Source: an uncultured Verrucomicrobiota bacterium
GTDB lineage: Bacteria; Verrucomicrobiota; Verrucomicrobiia; Limisphaerales; UBA9464
NCBI GenBank assembly: GCA_964525755.1
Contig: CAZGIK010000003.1
Coordinates: 50,279-114,278 of the forward strand
DNA length: 64,000 bases
Direction of reading: 5' to 3'
Notes under the pieces: generated by a model
Seen by the model: the letters and a program-made list of their open reading frames with translations, nothing else
Database searches by the model: none
What the model was told of the DNA's origin: nothing
Shown: positions 26,371 through 37,865 of the stretch, piece after piece
How positions within the stretch are numbered: the first letter of the stretch is position 1
Layout of the letters: each line of letters begins with the position of its first letter
Made by a program: the position numbers and the translations under genes

Positions 26371-27081
26371 TCAGGACACCGGTCCCGGCTGGGCGAGGAG
26401 GGCGACTTCGCGGAGGGGGAAGAGCAGTTGGCCCGCCCGTCGAAGGATCCGGAAGGTGGTCTCGCCCCGGCCGAGGCGGACGGCGAGGCGGGCGGCAAAC
26501 CGGTCGTAGCCGTAGCGGCGCAGGCCGACGCGCGTGACGGTGAAGCCGCAGACCGTGGCGAGCATTCCGAGGGTCTGCGGGGTCCAGGCAAAGAGGTGCC
26601 GGTTGGGCTCGTCCGGCCGGAAGCTCCGACCCGCCCGACCGTACTCATAGGGCACCACCACCAGGAGCCTGCCCACCGGACGCAGGAGTCGCCGGAGCTC
26701 AACCAGCACGGCGGCGGGATCGGCGACGTGTTCCAGGGAATGATGGGCGAGGGCGATGTCGAAGGATCCCGCCGGGAAGTCGGCGGAGTCCTCGACGAAC
26801 TCCGCCCCGACGGCCTCCACCTCGGCGCGTAGGAAGACGGACGCGTCCATGCCCACCCGGCGGCGGCAGCGGAGGTCGGCGAGGTTCCATCCGGCGCCGC
26901 ATCCGAACTCGAACAGGGAGGCGTCGGCGGGGACATCCGGTTGCAGCCGCCGGGCCCGGGCCCGGCGGACCCACGCGAGCGCCTCGGGGGGCAACCCCCG
27001 CTTGTCGCCGTGGTAGGACCGGCCCCGGGATCCCTCGTAGTGGTTTCGGGCGGCATCCATCGATGCCGCGGAGGCTGCCAT
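26371..27081 (-). CDS. Class I SAM-dependent methyltransferase
   Basis: LFEFGCGAG; GMD; FDIALAHHSLEHV.DP..LRRLLRPVGRLLVVVP. Confidence 0.82.
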   Translation of the reverse strand: MAASAASMDAARNHYEGSRGRSYHGDKRGLPPEALAWVRRARARRLQPDVPADASLFEFGCGAGWNLADLRCRRRVGMDASVFLRAEVEAVGAEFVEDSADFPAGSFDIALAHHSLEHVADPAAVLVELRRLLRPVGRLLVVVPYEYGRAGRSFRPDEPNRHLFAWTPQTLGMLATVCGFTVTRVGLRRYGYDRFAARLAVRLGRGETTFRILRRAGQLLFPLREVALLAQPGPVS

Positions 27082-27173
27082 GGGGCGGTCACCGGGCGAA
27101 GGGGGAACCGCACCCGCGCGCCCGCAGGCGCCGCTGTCCTTGCGTCGTCGCCGGTGCGGGAGAGAGTGGGGGC

Positions 27174-27950
27174 GTGCACGCGGTTCCGGCCCCCATCGCC
27201 TCCCTCCAAGCCCTGCGCGGGAAACGTCCCGTCGCCGCCCTGACCGCCTACGACTACCCGACCGCCCGCCTGCTGGACGAGGCGGGAGTGGACCTGCTGC
27301 TGGTGGGGGATTCGCTGGGGATGGTCGTCCTGGGGCATCCCGACACCACCTCGGTGACCCTGGCCGACATGGAGCATCATGTGCGGGCCGTGGCCCGGGC
27401 GGGGACCCGGGCACCGGTGGGGGGCGACCTGCCGTTCCGCACGTACGACACGCCGTCGATGGCGGTGGAGTCGGCGCGCCGGCTCACCGCTGCGGGCGCC
27501 GCGTGGGTGAAGGCGGAGGGCGGTCGGGAGATCCTGCCACAGGTGGAGGCCATCCTGGGGGCGGGGATCCCGTTCTGCGGCCACCTGGGCATGCTCCCGC
27601 AACATGTGCTGGAGGAGGGGGGCAAGTACCGGGTCAAGGGGCGTGACGATGCCGGCCGGGCCGGCCTGCTGGCGGATGCGGCCGCCCTGGAGGCGGCGGG
27701 GGCGTTCGCCTGTGTCCTCGAGTTGGTGACGCCACCCGTCGCCGCGGAGATCACCGGCGCGGCGCGGCGGATGCTGACGATCGGGATCGGGTCGGGCCCG
27801 GACTGCGACGGGCAGATCCTGGTGACGCACGACCTGGTGGGGGCGTTCCCGTGGTTCACCCCGAAGTTTGTCACCCCGAGGGTGCGGACGGGCGAGGCGA
27901 TCCGGGACGCGGCGGCGGGGTGGGTCCGGGACCTGGCGGCCGGCCGGTGA
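27174..27950 (+). CDS. panB: 3-methyl-2-oxobutanoate hydroxymethyltransferase
   Basis: LTAYDYPTARLLDEAGVDLLLVGDSLGM; GDLPF; GHLGMLPQ; IGIGSGPDCDGQILVTHDL. Start approximate. Confidence 0.95.
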   Translation: MHAVPAPIASLQALRGKRPVAALTAYDYPTARLLDEAGVDLLLVGDSLGMVVLGHPDTTSVTLADMEHHVRAVARAGTRAPVGGDLPFRTYDTPSMAVESARRLTAAGAAWVKAEGGREILPQVEAILGAGIPFCGHLGMLPQHVLEEGGKYRVKGRDDAGRAGLLADAAALEAAGAFACVLELVTPPVAAEITGAARRMLTIGIGSGPDCDGQILVTHDLVGAFPWFTPKFVTPRVRTGEAIRDAAAGWVRDLAAGR

Positions 27951-27978
27951 TGCCGGGCCGGTCGTCGTCGGGTTCCGA

Positions 27979-29178
27979 TCAGGGCTCGACCAGGACCGGC
28001 ATCCCGACCCAGGCCATCTGGCGCAGGAAGTCGGCGTTCCAGTTCGCCAGCCGGAAGCAGCCATGGCTTTCGGTGCGGCCGACCTGTTCCGGCGAGGGGG
28101 TGCCGTGGATGCCGTAGCCCGGCCGGTCGAGACCGATCCAGGCCACCCCGACGGGATTGTTGGGGCCCGGTGGGATGACCAGGCGGCGCCCCAAGCGTCG
28201 GCCCTCCTCCGATTCGGGGAACACCCGGGGGTCGAACGTGTAGTTGGGTTCGGCGACGAGGGTGACGACGTGCAGGTCGCCCACCGGCCGGCGGTCGGCG
28301 ATGCGTCCGATGCTGCACGGGAAGTGGGCGATCAGGATGCCGGACTCGTCGAAGGCGCGGAGGTGGCGATGGGACAGGCTGATCCGGACCCGGGCGGCCC
28401 GGCGGGGGGTGGGGAAGCGGGCGGCGGGCACGGCCAGCACGGTTCCGGGGGTGATCCGTGACCAGTCGATGGTCGGGTTGAGCTGCCGGAGCAATCGGGG
28501 GTGGGCGTGGGTGCGTTCGGCCACCCGCTCGAGGAGGTTCTCGTGGGGCAGCCCGGAAGCCTGGGACTTGTCCCACCAGGTGGTCGGGGTCGGGGCCAGT
28601 CCCGTGAGGTCGGCCTCGCCGACGGTGTACGGGCCGATCGCGGGCCGGTCGATGCGCAGGACGGCCCGGGTGGGGGCGTCGAGGCGGCCGGTCTGCTCGA
28701 GGGCCTGCTGGAGCTGGAACGAGCGGATGGCCGCCGCGGTCTGGGCTCCGAGCACCCCGTCGATCGACCCTCCGTTGATTCCGTGGGAGGCCAGCTGCAC
28801 CTGCGCCTCCAGCACATCGGCCACCGGCCGGCTTCCCGGCACCGTGGCGGTGGCCGGGGTGGCGGGCGACAGCGGACCGCGGGGGGCGCCGACGACCGGG
28901 GGCAGGTCGATCGCGGCCGAGGTCCCGTTGGTGACCGGTTCCCGGGCGATCGGCGTCCGGGCGGTGTCCGGGAGGAGCGAGGGGCGGGGATCCGGGATGG
29001 CGATTCCGCCGGGGGTGGGGAGGGGGTCGACGGTTCCGCCGGGCAGCCATCCCTGCCGCCAGGCGATGCTGCCGAGGGCGAGTGCGGCCAGCAGGAGCAG
29101 CCAGCGTCCCGGGGACGGCGCCGGGCGCCGGCCGGCCTCGCCGGGGAGGCGGAATCGGGTTCTGGGTCGTGCGGGCAC
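27979..29178 (-). CDS. L,D-transpeptidase (YkuD) with peptidoglycan-binding domains
   Basis: N-terminal TM helix; IDGVLGAQTAAAIRSFQ; GPNNPVGVAWIGL..YGIHGT..SHGCFRL. Confidence 0.9.
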   Translation of the reverse strand: MPARPRTRFRLPGEAGRRPAPSPGRWLLLLAALALGSIAWRQGWLPGGTVDPLPTPGGIAIPDPRPSLLPDTARTPIAREPVTNGTSAAIDLPPVVGAPRGPLSPATPATATVPGSRPVADVLEAQVQLASHGINGGSIDGVLGAQTAAAIRSFQLQQALEQTGRLDAPTRAVLRIDRPAIGPYTVGEADLTGLAPTPTTWWDKSQASGLPHENLLERVAERTHAHPRLLRQLNPTIDWSRITPGTVLAVPAARFPTPRRAARVRISLSHRHLRAFDESGILIAHFPCSIGRIADRRPVGDLHVVTLVAEPNYTFDPRVFPESEEGRRLGRRLVIPPGPNNPVGVAWIGLDRPGYGIHGTPSPEQVGRTESHGCFRLANWNADFLRQMAWVGMPVLVEP

Positions 29179-29203
29179 CGCGCCGAGTCTCCGTCAGTCC
29201 GGT

Positions 29204-29644
29204 TCAGACGTCGATCACCGGTCCACTGCCACCGCCCGATCCCCGATCCCCTCCCGATCCGCCCGGGGGGCGGCCCGGACCGTTGCCCGGGCGCGGGCCG
29301 AGGAAGAGTCCGGCCACGAAGGTGACGAACGAGATGATCAGCGCCCCCCAGAAGGCGGCCCAGAACCCGTCGACATGGAACCCCTTCACCAGTCCGCCCA
29401 CGCCCCAGAGCAGGAGGGCGTTGATGACGAGGAGGCCGAGGCCGAAGGTCAGGAGGACCAGGGAGATCGACACCAGCACCAGCAGGGGGCGGACGAAGGC
29501 GTTGAGGAGGCCGAGGAGAAGGGAGGCGACGAGGAGGCTCCCGGTGGTGTCGTAGTGGATGCCGCCGACGATGTTGGCGGCGACGAGCACGCCGACCGTG
29601 GTGATCAGCCAGCGTTGGAGGAACTGGACGGTGCCTGCATGCAC
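29204..29644 (-). CDS. 4-TM phage-holin-family (YvlD/DUF360) membrane protein
   Basis: LLLGLLNAFVRPLLVLVSISLVLLTFGLGLLVINALLLW..GFHVDGFWAAFWGALIIS. Confidence 0.85.
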   Translation of the reverse strand: MHAGTVQFLQRWLITTVGVLVAANIVGGIHYDTTGSLLVASLLLGLLNAFVRPLLVLVSISLVLLTFGLGLLVINALLLWGVGGLVKGFHVDGFWAAFWGALIISFVTFVAGLFLGPRPGNGPGRPPGGSGGDRGSGGGSGPVIDV

Positions 29645-29831
29645 GGGGGCAATAGCGCAGAGGGGCGTGGCCGGGGCAAGGGGCAAAGCCGGGTGGGGCG
29701 GGGCCGGTGAGCGGAGATTCGACCGCACGGAACCCATCGAACTCAAAAGGGCTCCGTGCGAAGCTGAACTGCGGCGGGCAGTGCCTCGCGGAGACGCTAG
29801 CGTCCCCGCATGCGGGCTGTCCGGCCGGAAC

Positions 29832-29884
29832 GGTGGCACAAGTCTCCCGCCGCCCGTAGCCGCGGTCGGTAGGCCGCCGGTCCC
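29832..29884 (+). repeat. GTAG-type REP-like palindrome
   Basis: ccGTAGccgcggtcggtaggccgccggtc; near-identical to 25229-25257 and 41381-41409. Confidence 0.75.
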
Positions 29885-30253
29885 CACTTCCTCAGCCGGA
29901 ACCATGCAGTCGGATCAGTCGTGTCGGCCGGATCTTCTTCCGCAGATCCTTCTTCGTTCGCTCGTTGTCCCGCGGCCGTGTGGACGTCTCGCTCACTCCC
30001 CGCCCTGCGGAAAGACCTCCGGGGCCACGGCTTTCCTCCCGACCGCATGGCTCCGGCCAGGATCCCTGCCCGTTCATCCGGAATCATGACGCGCGAGTTG
30101 CTTTGGCGCCCCGGAACCTCCTCACTCGAGGCACGGACAGGCTCTTGCACGTGGATATGGGCCAGGTTGCGCGTCTTGACTTGCGGGGGCGATTGATTCG
30201 TCGTTCGAAGACGCTCAAAGGGTGGAACACACCCGGCAAAGAATCCTTCCCTC

Positions 30254-30823
30254 ATGAACATCATCACCACCCTGGCGGCACTTGCAGCAACCATCAGCCT
30301 TTCCCAGGCAGCCAGCTTCGACTTCACAACGACACTGAGCGGTGATCAGGAAGTGCCTCCAAACACCTCGACGCGTACCGGCACAGGGACGGCCACCTAC
30401 GACTCCGCAACCAGGTTGTTGACGATCAGTGGAACGTTTACAGCGCCGGCATTTGATGTCCCTGATTCCTGGGGCGGCGGGGGTGGATTCGGATCCGGTG
30501 GGGGGTTGGTCGGGCTCGCGTCAATTTACACCAGCGCTCATGTGCATCGAGGTACTGCGGGCGTCACCGGCGACGTCGTGTTTGGACTCACCTTCGATTC
30601 CGCGCTCAGCGGATCCTTCAACGGCTCCGGCGTTCTCACGGAGTCCGACGAAACAGCCCTTTTCGCTTCAGGTCTGTACATCAATTTTCACAATGGCATT
30701 TATCCGGATGGCGAGATTCGGGGCCAATTGATCCCCGTCCCCGAACCCGAAACCTATGCCACGCTGGCAGGCCTCGGCCTCATCGGCTTCGGACTCTGGC
30801 GGCGTCGCGCGACTCGCGCGTAG
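30254..30823 (+). CDS. CHRD-domain PEP-CTERM protein
   Basis: LSGDQEVPP..TGTGTAT; AHVHRG; LYINFHNGIYPDGEIRGQL; VPEPETYATLAGLGLIGFGLWRRR. Confidence 0.9.
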   Translation: MNIITTLAALAATISLSQAASFDFTTTLSGDQEVPPNTSTRTGTGTATYDSATRLLTISGTFTAPAFDVPDSWGGGGGFGSGGGLVGLASIYTSAHVHRGTAGVTGDVVFGLTFDSALSGSFNGSGVLTESDETALFASGLYINFHNGIYPDGEIRGQLIPVPEPETYATLAGLGLIGFGLWRRRATRA

Positions 30824-30977
30824 GCCCGGGACTCCACCCCGGCAGAAGGCCTGCGGCGTGGGGGCGGCTACCGGGCCTCAACCCGGACGAGACCCGCGGC
30901 GCCGTCAGTGGGCCTTGGGGTAGAGCTGACCGGAAACTGCGAGGGGTCCTGTTTTCGCGGAAACGGCCCGGGGGCGA

Positions 30978-31265
30978 GGCACCGGGAACCCGCGGATTAT
31001 CATCCGCAGCCACGGGGCGCCGCGCTGGTTTTGACTTCGGCGGGAAGCGTCCGCGCCACGCCGTTTCGGAAGCCGGACCGGGGCTTGCGGGGACGCTCGC
31101 GTCACCGCATGGAAGTGGCCCGGCAGGGACGGTGGCGCGAGGCTCCTGCCGGGCTGCGCCCTGCCGCCGCCCCGCTCCCGGCGTTCGTGGCGGAGGCCGG
31201 TAGGCCGCCGTGCCCTTCGCCATCCCTGCCCATGGCCGTCCGTGTTCCTCCGCGTCTCAGTGCCG
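30978..31265. repeat. Repeat cluster on the left of the ECF sigma gene
   Basis: aggcaccgggaacccgcggattatcatccgcagc and cggtggcgcgaggctcctgccg..ccccgctcccggcgttcgtg both recur in the same orientation at 33182-33470. Confidence 0.85.
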
Positions 31266-31321
31266 CAAGAAATGAACCGTTCCTTCCCAACTTCGCCTTG
31301 GGCCGGCGGACGAAAGCGGCA

Positions 31322-32806
31322 TCACTCGGGTCGGCGGGATTGCCGCTCGGGCGGAAAGGCGTTCTCTTGCTCCCACGCCAGCAACTCCTCGAAGGAGTCC
31401 TTGCCAACAATCCTGGCAGAGCCGTCAGCGTGGAGATATGCCCGTGCGACGCTCCCCCTGGGGCCGACGGTGAAGTCTGACCGTCGTGCAATGATCGTTC
31501 CACTTCGTTCACGCGCAGGAATGTCCTCAATGTTTCCGTGAAACAGCATCACCACATCCCCGGCCCCCAGGATCTCCTCAGGCTTGGTATTGGGGGCCTT
31601 GGCAATCGAGGATAGAATCCCGGGCAGCTCCGATTCGGTTGGATACCAACCGTTGTTCTCCTGAGCGTGGACCATCAGATCGAGCCCAAGGCGACGCAAG
31701 GGATACATCTTGCGCACAGGCATCTGCTCCCATTCCGCCTGATCAAAGTCTTCCGGATCCACTTCAGGTGGAGCCGAGAGTGTCCCCGGCTCACTCGACG
31801 CCACGGCGATCTCCTGATCCCTATCGCTTGCCTTGCCTAGCTCTGCCAACTGCCGTCGAAGGGCAGCGATCTCGCCCCGAAGTCTGGGCAAGTCCACAAT
31901 GTCCCGCTTGAGCCGATCGATCTGTTCGTCACGCAGTTGGATCGACTCCCGTGCTTGGTGCTGTTCGGCTGTAAGCTTGCTGTGGGCTTCGTTGATGAGC
32001 GCCTGGTGATCCGCGCGCAACCGCTCCGCTTCACGTTCCCGCACGAGGTACGTGGTGGTCCCGGTCGCAGCGACGGTCGCGAGGATGGCGGCCGCGGTCT
32101 TGAGGTTCGGCAGGTTCATGAGGGTTGTGGTGATATGCGTGGCGGCGATGGCTGTGGCGGACGCGGTGGTGAGTCCGGTCAGGGCGCTTACGACAATCGT
32201 GGCACCCAAGCCCGCCGGCGCGACGACTGCCGCCTGGGTGGCGAGGGCGGTGGTGAGCAGGCCGGTCGAGAGGGCGCCGCCGCGTCTGCCGAAGATTCCG
32301 CGCAGCTTGTCGAGTGCTCGGCTCACGCGCTTGCGGGCGGCCTCCTCGCTGATGCCGAGTTCGACGCCAACCTCCCGCAACTGCCGGTTGTCCAGAAACC
32401 GCAGGACGAGCGCGTCGCGGTCCTCGGCCGGGAGTTCCTCGAGCGCGCCCTCGAGTTCGGCGGCGATCCATTCGGGTTCAGGCGCGGTCTCGTGGGTCTG
32501 CATTGCGGCGGCGGTTTGCTCGCGTTGACGGCGACGGCCCTCGGCGCGGCTGGCGTTGAGGGCATGATGCCGAGCGGTGTGATAGAGCCAGCCGGCCAGC
32601 GGTCGTCCCTCGCGAATCTCACCCGCCTTTTGGGCGAGCAGCAGAAAGACGCCTTGCGCGGTCTCCTCGGCGAGGCGGCGATCGCCCAGAATCCGCCTGG
32701 AGGTTGCGAACACCAAGTTGAGGTGGCGGTTCACCATTTGCCGGAAGGCGTCCTCGGAACGCTCCCGGACGAACGCGCGCAACAGTTCCTGATCGCTCGC
32801 TTGCAT
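31322..32806 (-). CDS. ECF sigma-70 factor with TM segment and long C-terminal extension
   Basis: SDQELLRAFV..DAFRQMVNRH; AQGVFLLLAQKA; LAGWLY; LPAEDRDALVLRF..EVGVELGISEEAARKRVSRALDKLR; then Ala/Thr linker, hydrophobic helix, coiled coil and a domain ending RAYLHADGS. Confidence 0.9.
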   Translation of the reverse strand: MQASDQELLRAFVRERSEDAFRQMVNRHLNLVFATSRRILGDRRLAEETAQGVFLLLAQKAGEIREGRPLAGWLYHTARHHALNASRAEGRRRQREQTAAAMQTHETAPEPEWIAAELEGALEELPAEDRDALVLRFLDNRQLREVGVELGISEEAARKRVSRALDKLRGIFGRRGGALSTGLLTTALATQAAVVAPAGLGATIVVSALTGLTTASATAIAATHITTTLMNLPNLKTAAAILATVAATGTTTYLVREREAERLRADHQALINEAHSKLTAEQHQARESIQLRDEQIDRLKRDIVDLPRLRGEIAALRRQLAELGKASDRDQEIAVASSEPGTLSAPPEVDPEDFDQAEWEQMPVRKMYPLRRLGLDLMVHAQENNGWYPTESELPGILSSIAKAPNTKPEEILGAGDVVMLFHGNIEDIPARERSGTIIARRSDFTVGPRGSVARAYLHADGSARIVGKDSFEELLAWEQENAFPPERQSRRPE

Positions 32807-33135
32807 CTTCTTCCTTCTGATCTCCGCCGAGAGTCGAAACCGGACGGGGAAAGTGCGGTGGGGCTTTCCGGCAGGACACTGAGCACTCAACCGCCAACAT
32901 CCAACGCCCTGGGCGGGTCCATCCGGATGAAGGGGGGATGGCATCATCGGTTGACGATCGCGGCGAGGCTCCGGTCTTCCATTCTGTGATCGGGCTTCCC
33001 TCGAACCGGGGGGCGGAAGCAGCACCGGCCGTCCCCGGGGTCACCCCCGCCATGTGCACGGGATCGGTTGTCCGGGCGAAGAGTGGCCATGCCGGGACCG
33101 TTGCGGGCTGACTCCCAACCGGCCTCACACGTGGG

Positions 33136-33470
33136 CACGGAGACACGGAGGGGATGTCGGGAGCGGAGCGGCGCGGTATCAAGGCACCGGGAACCCGCGG
33201 ATTATCATCCGCAGCTAAGGTGCCCGGCGCCGCCTTGGAGCGGAGCCGGACGTGTGTGGGATGCCCGGGGCGGGGCGCTTCGCCGTTCGCCGATGGGCAC
33301 CGTCCTCGCCGTAGCCGACGCCGATCGGCGGCCGGTGGCGTTTGGGTCCGTCCAAAGCGGTGTCGACGCCCCGCTCTGCCACCGCAGTCCATATGGGCGC
33401 CGGTCCGGAACGGTGGCGCGAGGCTCCTGCCGAGCTGCGCCCTGCAGCCGCCCCGCTCCCGGCGTTCGTG
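33136..33470. repeat. Repeat cluster on the right of the ECF sigma gene
   Basis: Shares modules with 30978-31265; 33136-33217 also closely matches 41084-41162. Confidence 0.85.
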
Positions 33471-33514
33471 CGGGGCCTCGTGACGACGGGTGTGCCTTTC
33501 GCCCCCCGGCGTGG

Positions 33515-34549
33515 TCACCGGGCGGCGGCCGGGCCGGTGTCGATGGGGAACTCGAGCTGTTCCTCCCGTCCAAGGGCGCGGGCATCGATTCCGAGCCGGC
33601 GGAGCGTGGCGGCGAACTCGGTGGCGAACCCGTGCACGGTGTAGACCCGGCGGGGGGCGACGCGTCGGACCATCTCGAGGAGATCGGGATGGTCGGCATG
33701 GTCGCTCAGGGGGAACACGGCGTCGGCCCGGGACCGGTAACGGCTCCCCGGATCCAGGGCCCAGCCGGAGAGCATCGCCACCCGGCTCCGGCCGAGGCGT
33801 TGCCGGAGGGCCTCGATCCGGGCGCCGGGCGGGGCGAGGACCACGTGCCCCCGGGCCTCGTCGGGATTCCACGGGGCCGCCGGAGGCAGGGTCCGGCCCA
33901 GGGTGCGGTAGACCGTGTTCATGCGGGTGACGTTGGGATCGGGCATCACCGGGAGGCCGGTGTCGATCAGGGCGGTCTGGATCTCCTGGGCCTTGCCCAG
34001 GGAGTAGCCGAGGAGGACCGGGACCTCCCCGTTGTCCACCGTCTCGCGACAGAACCGCCGGATCGCGTCCAGCACCTGGTCGGTCGGGGGAAAGACGTAC
34101 CGGGGCAGACCGAAGGTGGTCTCCATCACGAGGACATCGGCCGGTCGCGGGGTGCAGGGCTCGGTGGAGAGGCCCGGGCGGAGCTTGAAGTCGCCGGTGT
34201 ACAGGAGGGAACCGTCGGGTGTCTCCAGGTGGAGCATGGCCGAGCCGAGGATATGCCCGGCGGGCAGGAGGGTGATCCGGCCCGGTTGCGCGAGCCCGAG
34301 CGACATCGCGTCGGCCGGTTCACCGAACGCGAGGGTGTGCTCGATGCGTTCCCCCGGGACCCGGGCCCGCATGAGGTGGCCGGTCTCCGGGGTGAGGACC
34401 ACGCGGGCGTGCCGGCCCGTGTGGTCGCTGTGGGCGTGGGAGACGAAGACCGTCGACTCCGGCCCGACCCGGTTCCGGGCATCGAGCCACAGGTCCGGTC
34501 CGGGCAGGTGGATCGACCCGCGGCGGAGGGCGAGGTCCGGTCCGGTCAT
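33515..34549 (-). CDS. MBL-fold / beta-CASP nuclease (ligase-associated DNA damage response exonuclease-like)
   Basis: FVSHAHSDH; LPAGHILGSAM; LLYTGDFK; LVMETTFG; GYSLGKAQE; LSDHADH; YTVHGF. Confidence 0.85.
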   Translation of the reverse strand: MTGPDLALRRGSIHLPGPDLWLDARNRVGPESTVFVSHAHSDHTGRHARVVLTPETGHLMRARVPGERIEHTLAFGEPADAMSLGLAQPGRITLLPAGHILGSAMLHLETPDGSLLYTGDFKLRPGLSTEPCTPRPADVLVMETTFGLPRYVFPPTDQVLDAIRRFCRETVDNGEVPVLLGYSLGKAQEIQTALIDTGLPVMPDPNVTRMNTVYRTLGRTLPPAAPWNPDEARGHVVLAPPGARIEALRQRLGRSRVAMLSGWALDPGSRYRSRADAVFPLSDHADHPDLLEMVRRVAPRRVYTVHGFATEFAATLRRLGIDARALGREEQLEFPIDTGPAAAR

Positions 34550-34595
34550 CGGGAGGGACGCTGCGGCGCGGGCCGGCTTCGGGGTGGGCGGTGCG

Positions 34596-36403
34596 CTACC
34601 AGCGGGGGCGGTCGGCGAGGTACAGGTGGCCGGCACGTGCCGAGCCCGCGTAGGCGTTGAGGAGGGGGAAGCCCTTGGGAAGGTTCCGTCGCACCAGGGC
34701 GTCGAGGTACAGCCAGCCCCAGCGGTAGCTGTTCACGTCGGTCACCAGCAGGCGGACCGGCGCCTCGGTGGTGTAGGGCGACAGGTACAGGGCGTTGACC
34801 GGCTTGAGGAAGTCGTGGACGGCGTAGAAGTCCTCGCGGTCCTCGGGGCTCTGGATGCGCAGGGGGAGCTGGATGCAGTCCCGGTTTCCGTACCAGGCGA
34901 CCGCCCACGGGATGTCGCTCATCATGAGTTCGGACTCCGTGATGAACCCGGCCAGTTCCCGGACCACGGCCGGACGGTAGACCGGTTCCACGAGCGGGTA
35001 GGTGCGTGGGGGGAGGACCGACGTGAGGAGTGGCAGGCTGAGCACGAACCAGGCGGCGCCGACCGCCATGCGGCGGAAGAGGTCGTGTCCGAACGGCGTG
35101 CTGTCGAGCAGGGTGAAGAAGAAGGCGGCACCGTAGAGGAACACCACCGGGGCGAGCAGGCACAGGAGGTTCTCCGAGTTCACGGCGGGGACCATGAGGG
35201 ACAGCTGGGTGGTGCCGAGGCACTCGACCACGAACAGGAGGCCGAGCGCGGCGAGGAGGAACCATCGGAGCCGGGAGGGGGTGCGTCCGGAGAACCTCAG
35301 GATGAGGCCGGCGAGGAAGAGGAAGGTCAGCCAGTTGCCGCCGAGGGACGGGATGCCCTCGCGGAATTTCGCGGCGCCCTCGGTGGCCAGCTTGACGCGG
35401 TACTCGGTGAAGGTGGGCTGGCGCGCGGGGGCCTGGAGGAGGCGTTCGCGATGGTCCTCGGGGAACTCGATGGTGCGGCTCTGGAGGGCGTACCCGGCCG
35501 TGCCGAAGGGATGTCCGCTCAGGTGGTGGTTGCGGGCCAGCCAGGGGCTGATGACCAGCAGGAAGGCGGCGACGGCGGCTGCGGCCATGGACCCGCGGCG
35601 CGAGCCGGCGCAGAGGAGGAAGCCGGCCACCGGGAGGATGAGCCAGCCGAAGGCGTACCGGGTGAGGCATCCGATGCCGACGAGGAGTCCGGCGAGGACG
35701 GCGAGTCCGAGGAGCGGCCCGGCGGGCGGCGGGGGCTGGGGATGGGCGAGGACCGGGGTGCGCTGGTCGATGTGGACCAGGGTGATGGCAAGGCCGAGGG
35801 TGACGGCCAGCAGGAACGGGGTGGAGAGGCCGTTGCTGCTCATGCGCCAGAACAGCTCGGTGCTGGCGAGCGCGGCGGCGGCGAGCGCGCCGGTGGCCGG
35901 GTCGAAGAGCCGTCGGCCGAGCCGCCAGGTCATCCAGGCCGCCAGCGCCAGCCAGCCGAGGTTGAAGACCGTCACCGCCACCTCGGCCCACGGGCGTTGC
36001 CCCGACTCGTCGCCGGGCACGGCGTCGCGCCACGCGGCGGGCATCGCCTTGAACAGGCCGGCCAGCAGGACGGGATAGACCGGGGGATTCTGGATGTCGG
36101 GGTGGGGCCGGCGGAGGAGGTCGGGATCCGGCTGGCCGCGTTCCACCGCCCGGTCCAGTTGCAGGCGGACGCTGAGCGGGCGGATGTAGTGGGTGGTGTA
36201 CCCGCGGCCGGTGGCGATGTTGTGGGCCAACTGGGCGGTGTCCATCGCCTCCGGATTGCTGAAGTTGCGCGCCTCGGTGAGGAGGTAGAGGGCGAGGACG
36301 GCGCCGGCGGCGAGGGTGCCGGCAATCCAGACCAGCCAGCGCCGGCCGGCCCCCTCCTCGAGGAGGTGGATGTAGTCCTGGATGCCTTTGGGGGGTTGGT
36401 TCA

Positions 36404-36404
<1 letters not shown>
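34596..36404 (-). CDS. Multi-TM GT-C glycosyltransferase (GT39/ArnT/PMT-like)
   Basis: EAMDTAQLAHNIATGRGYTT; PPVYPVLLA; CLTRY; PWLARN; many TM helices. Confidence 0.72.
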
Positions 36405-37828
<1,424 letters not shown>

Positions 37829-37865
37829 GGCGGCGGGGGTCCAATGCGCGGGACGGGGAGGTGGA

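Noticed and set aside
29204-29644. Holin as evidence of a prophage
   Set aside because: This 4-TM family is widespread on chromosomes, and no phage structural, terminase or integrase genes are nearby.
29900-30250. Short ORFs upstream of the CHRD gene
   Set aside because: No recognisable motifs or coding bias; more likely promoter and repeat-derived sequence.
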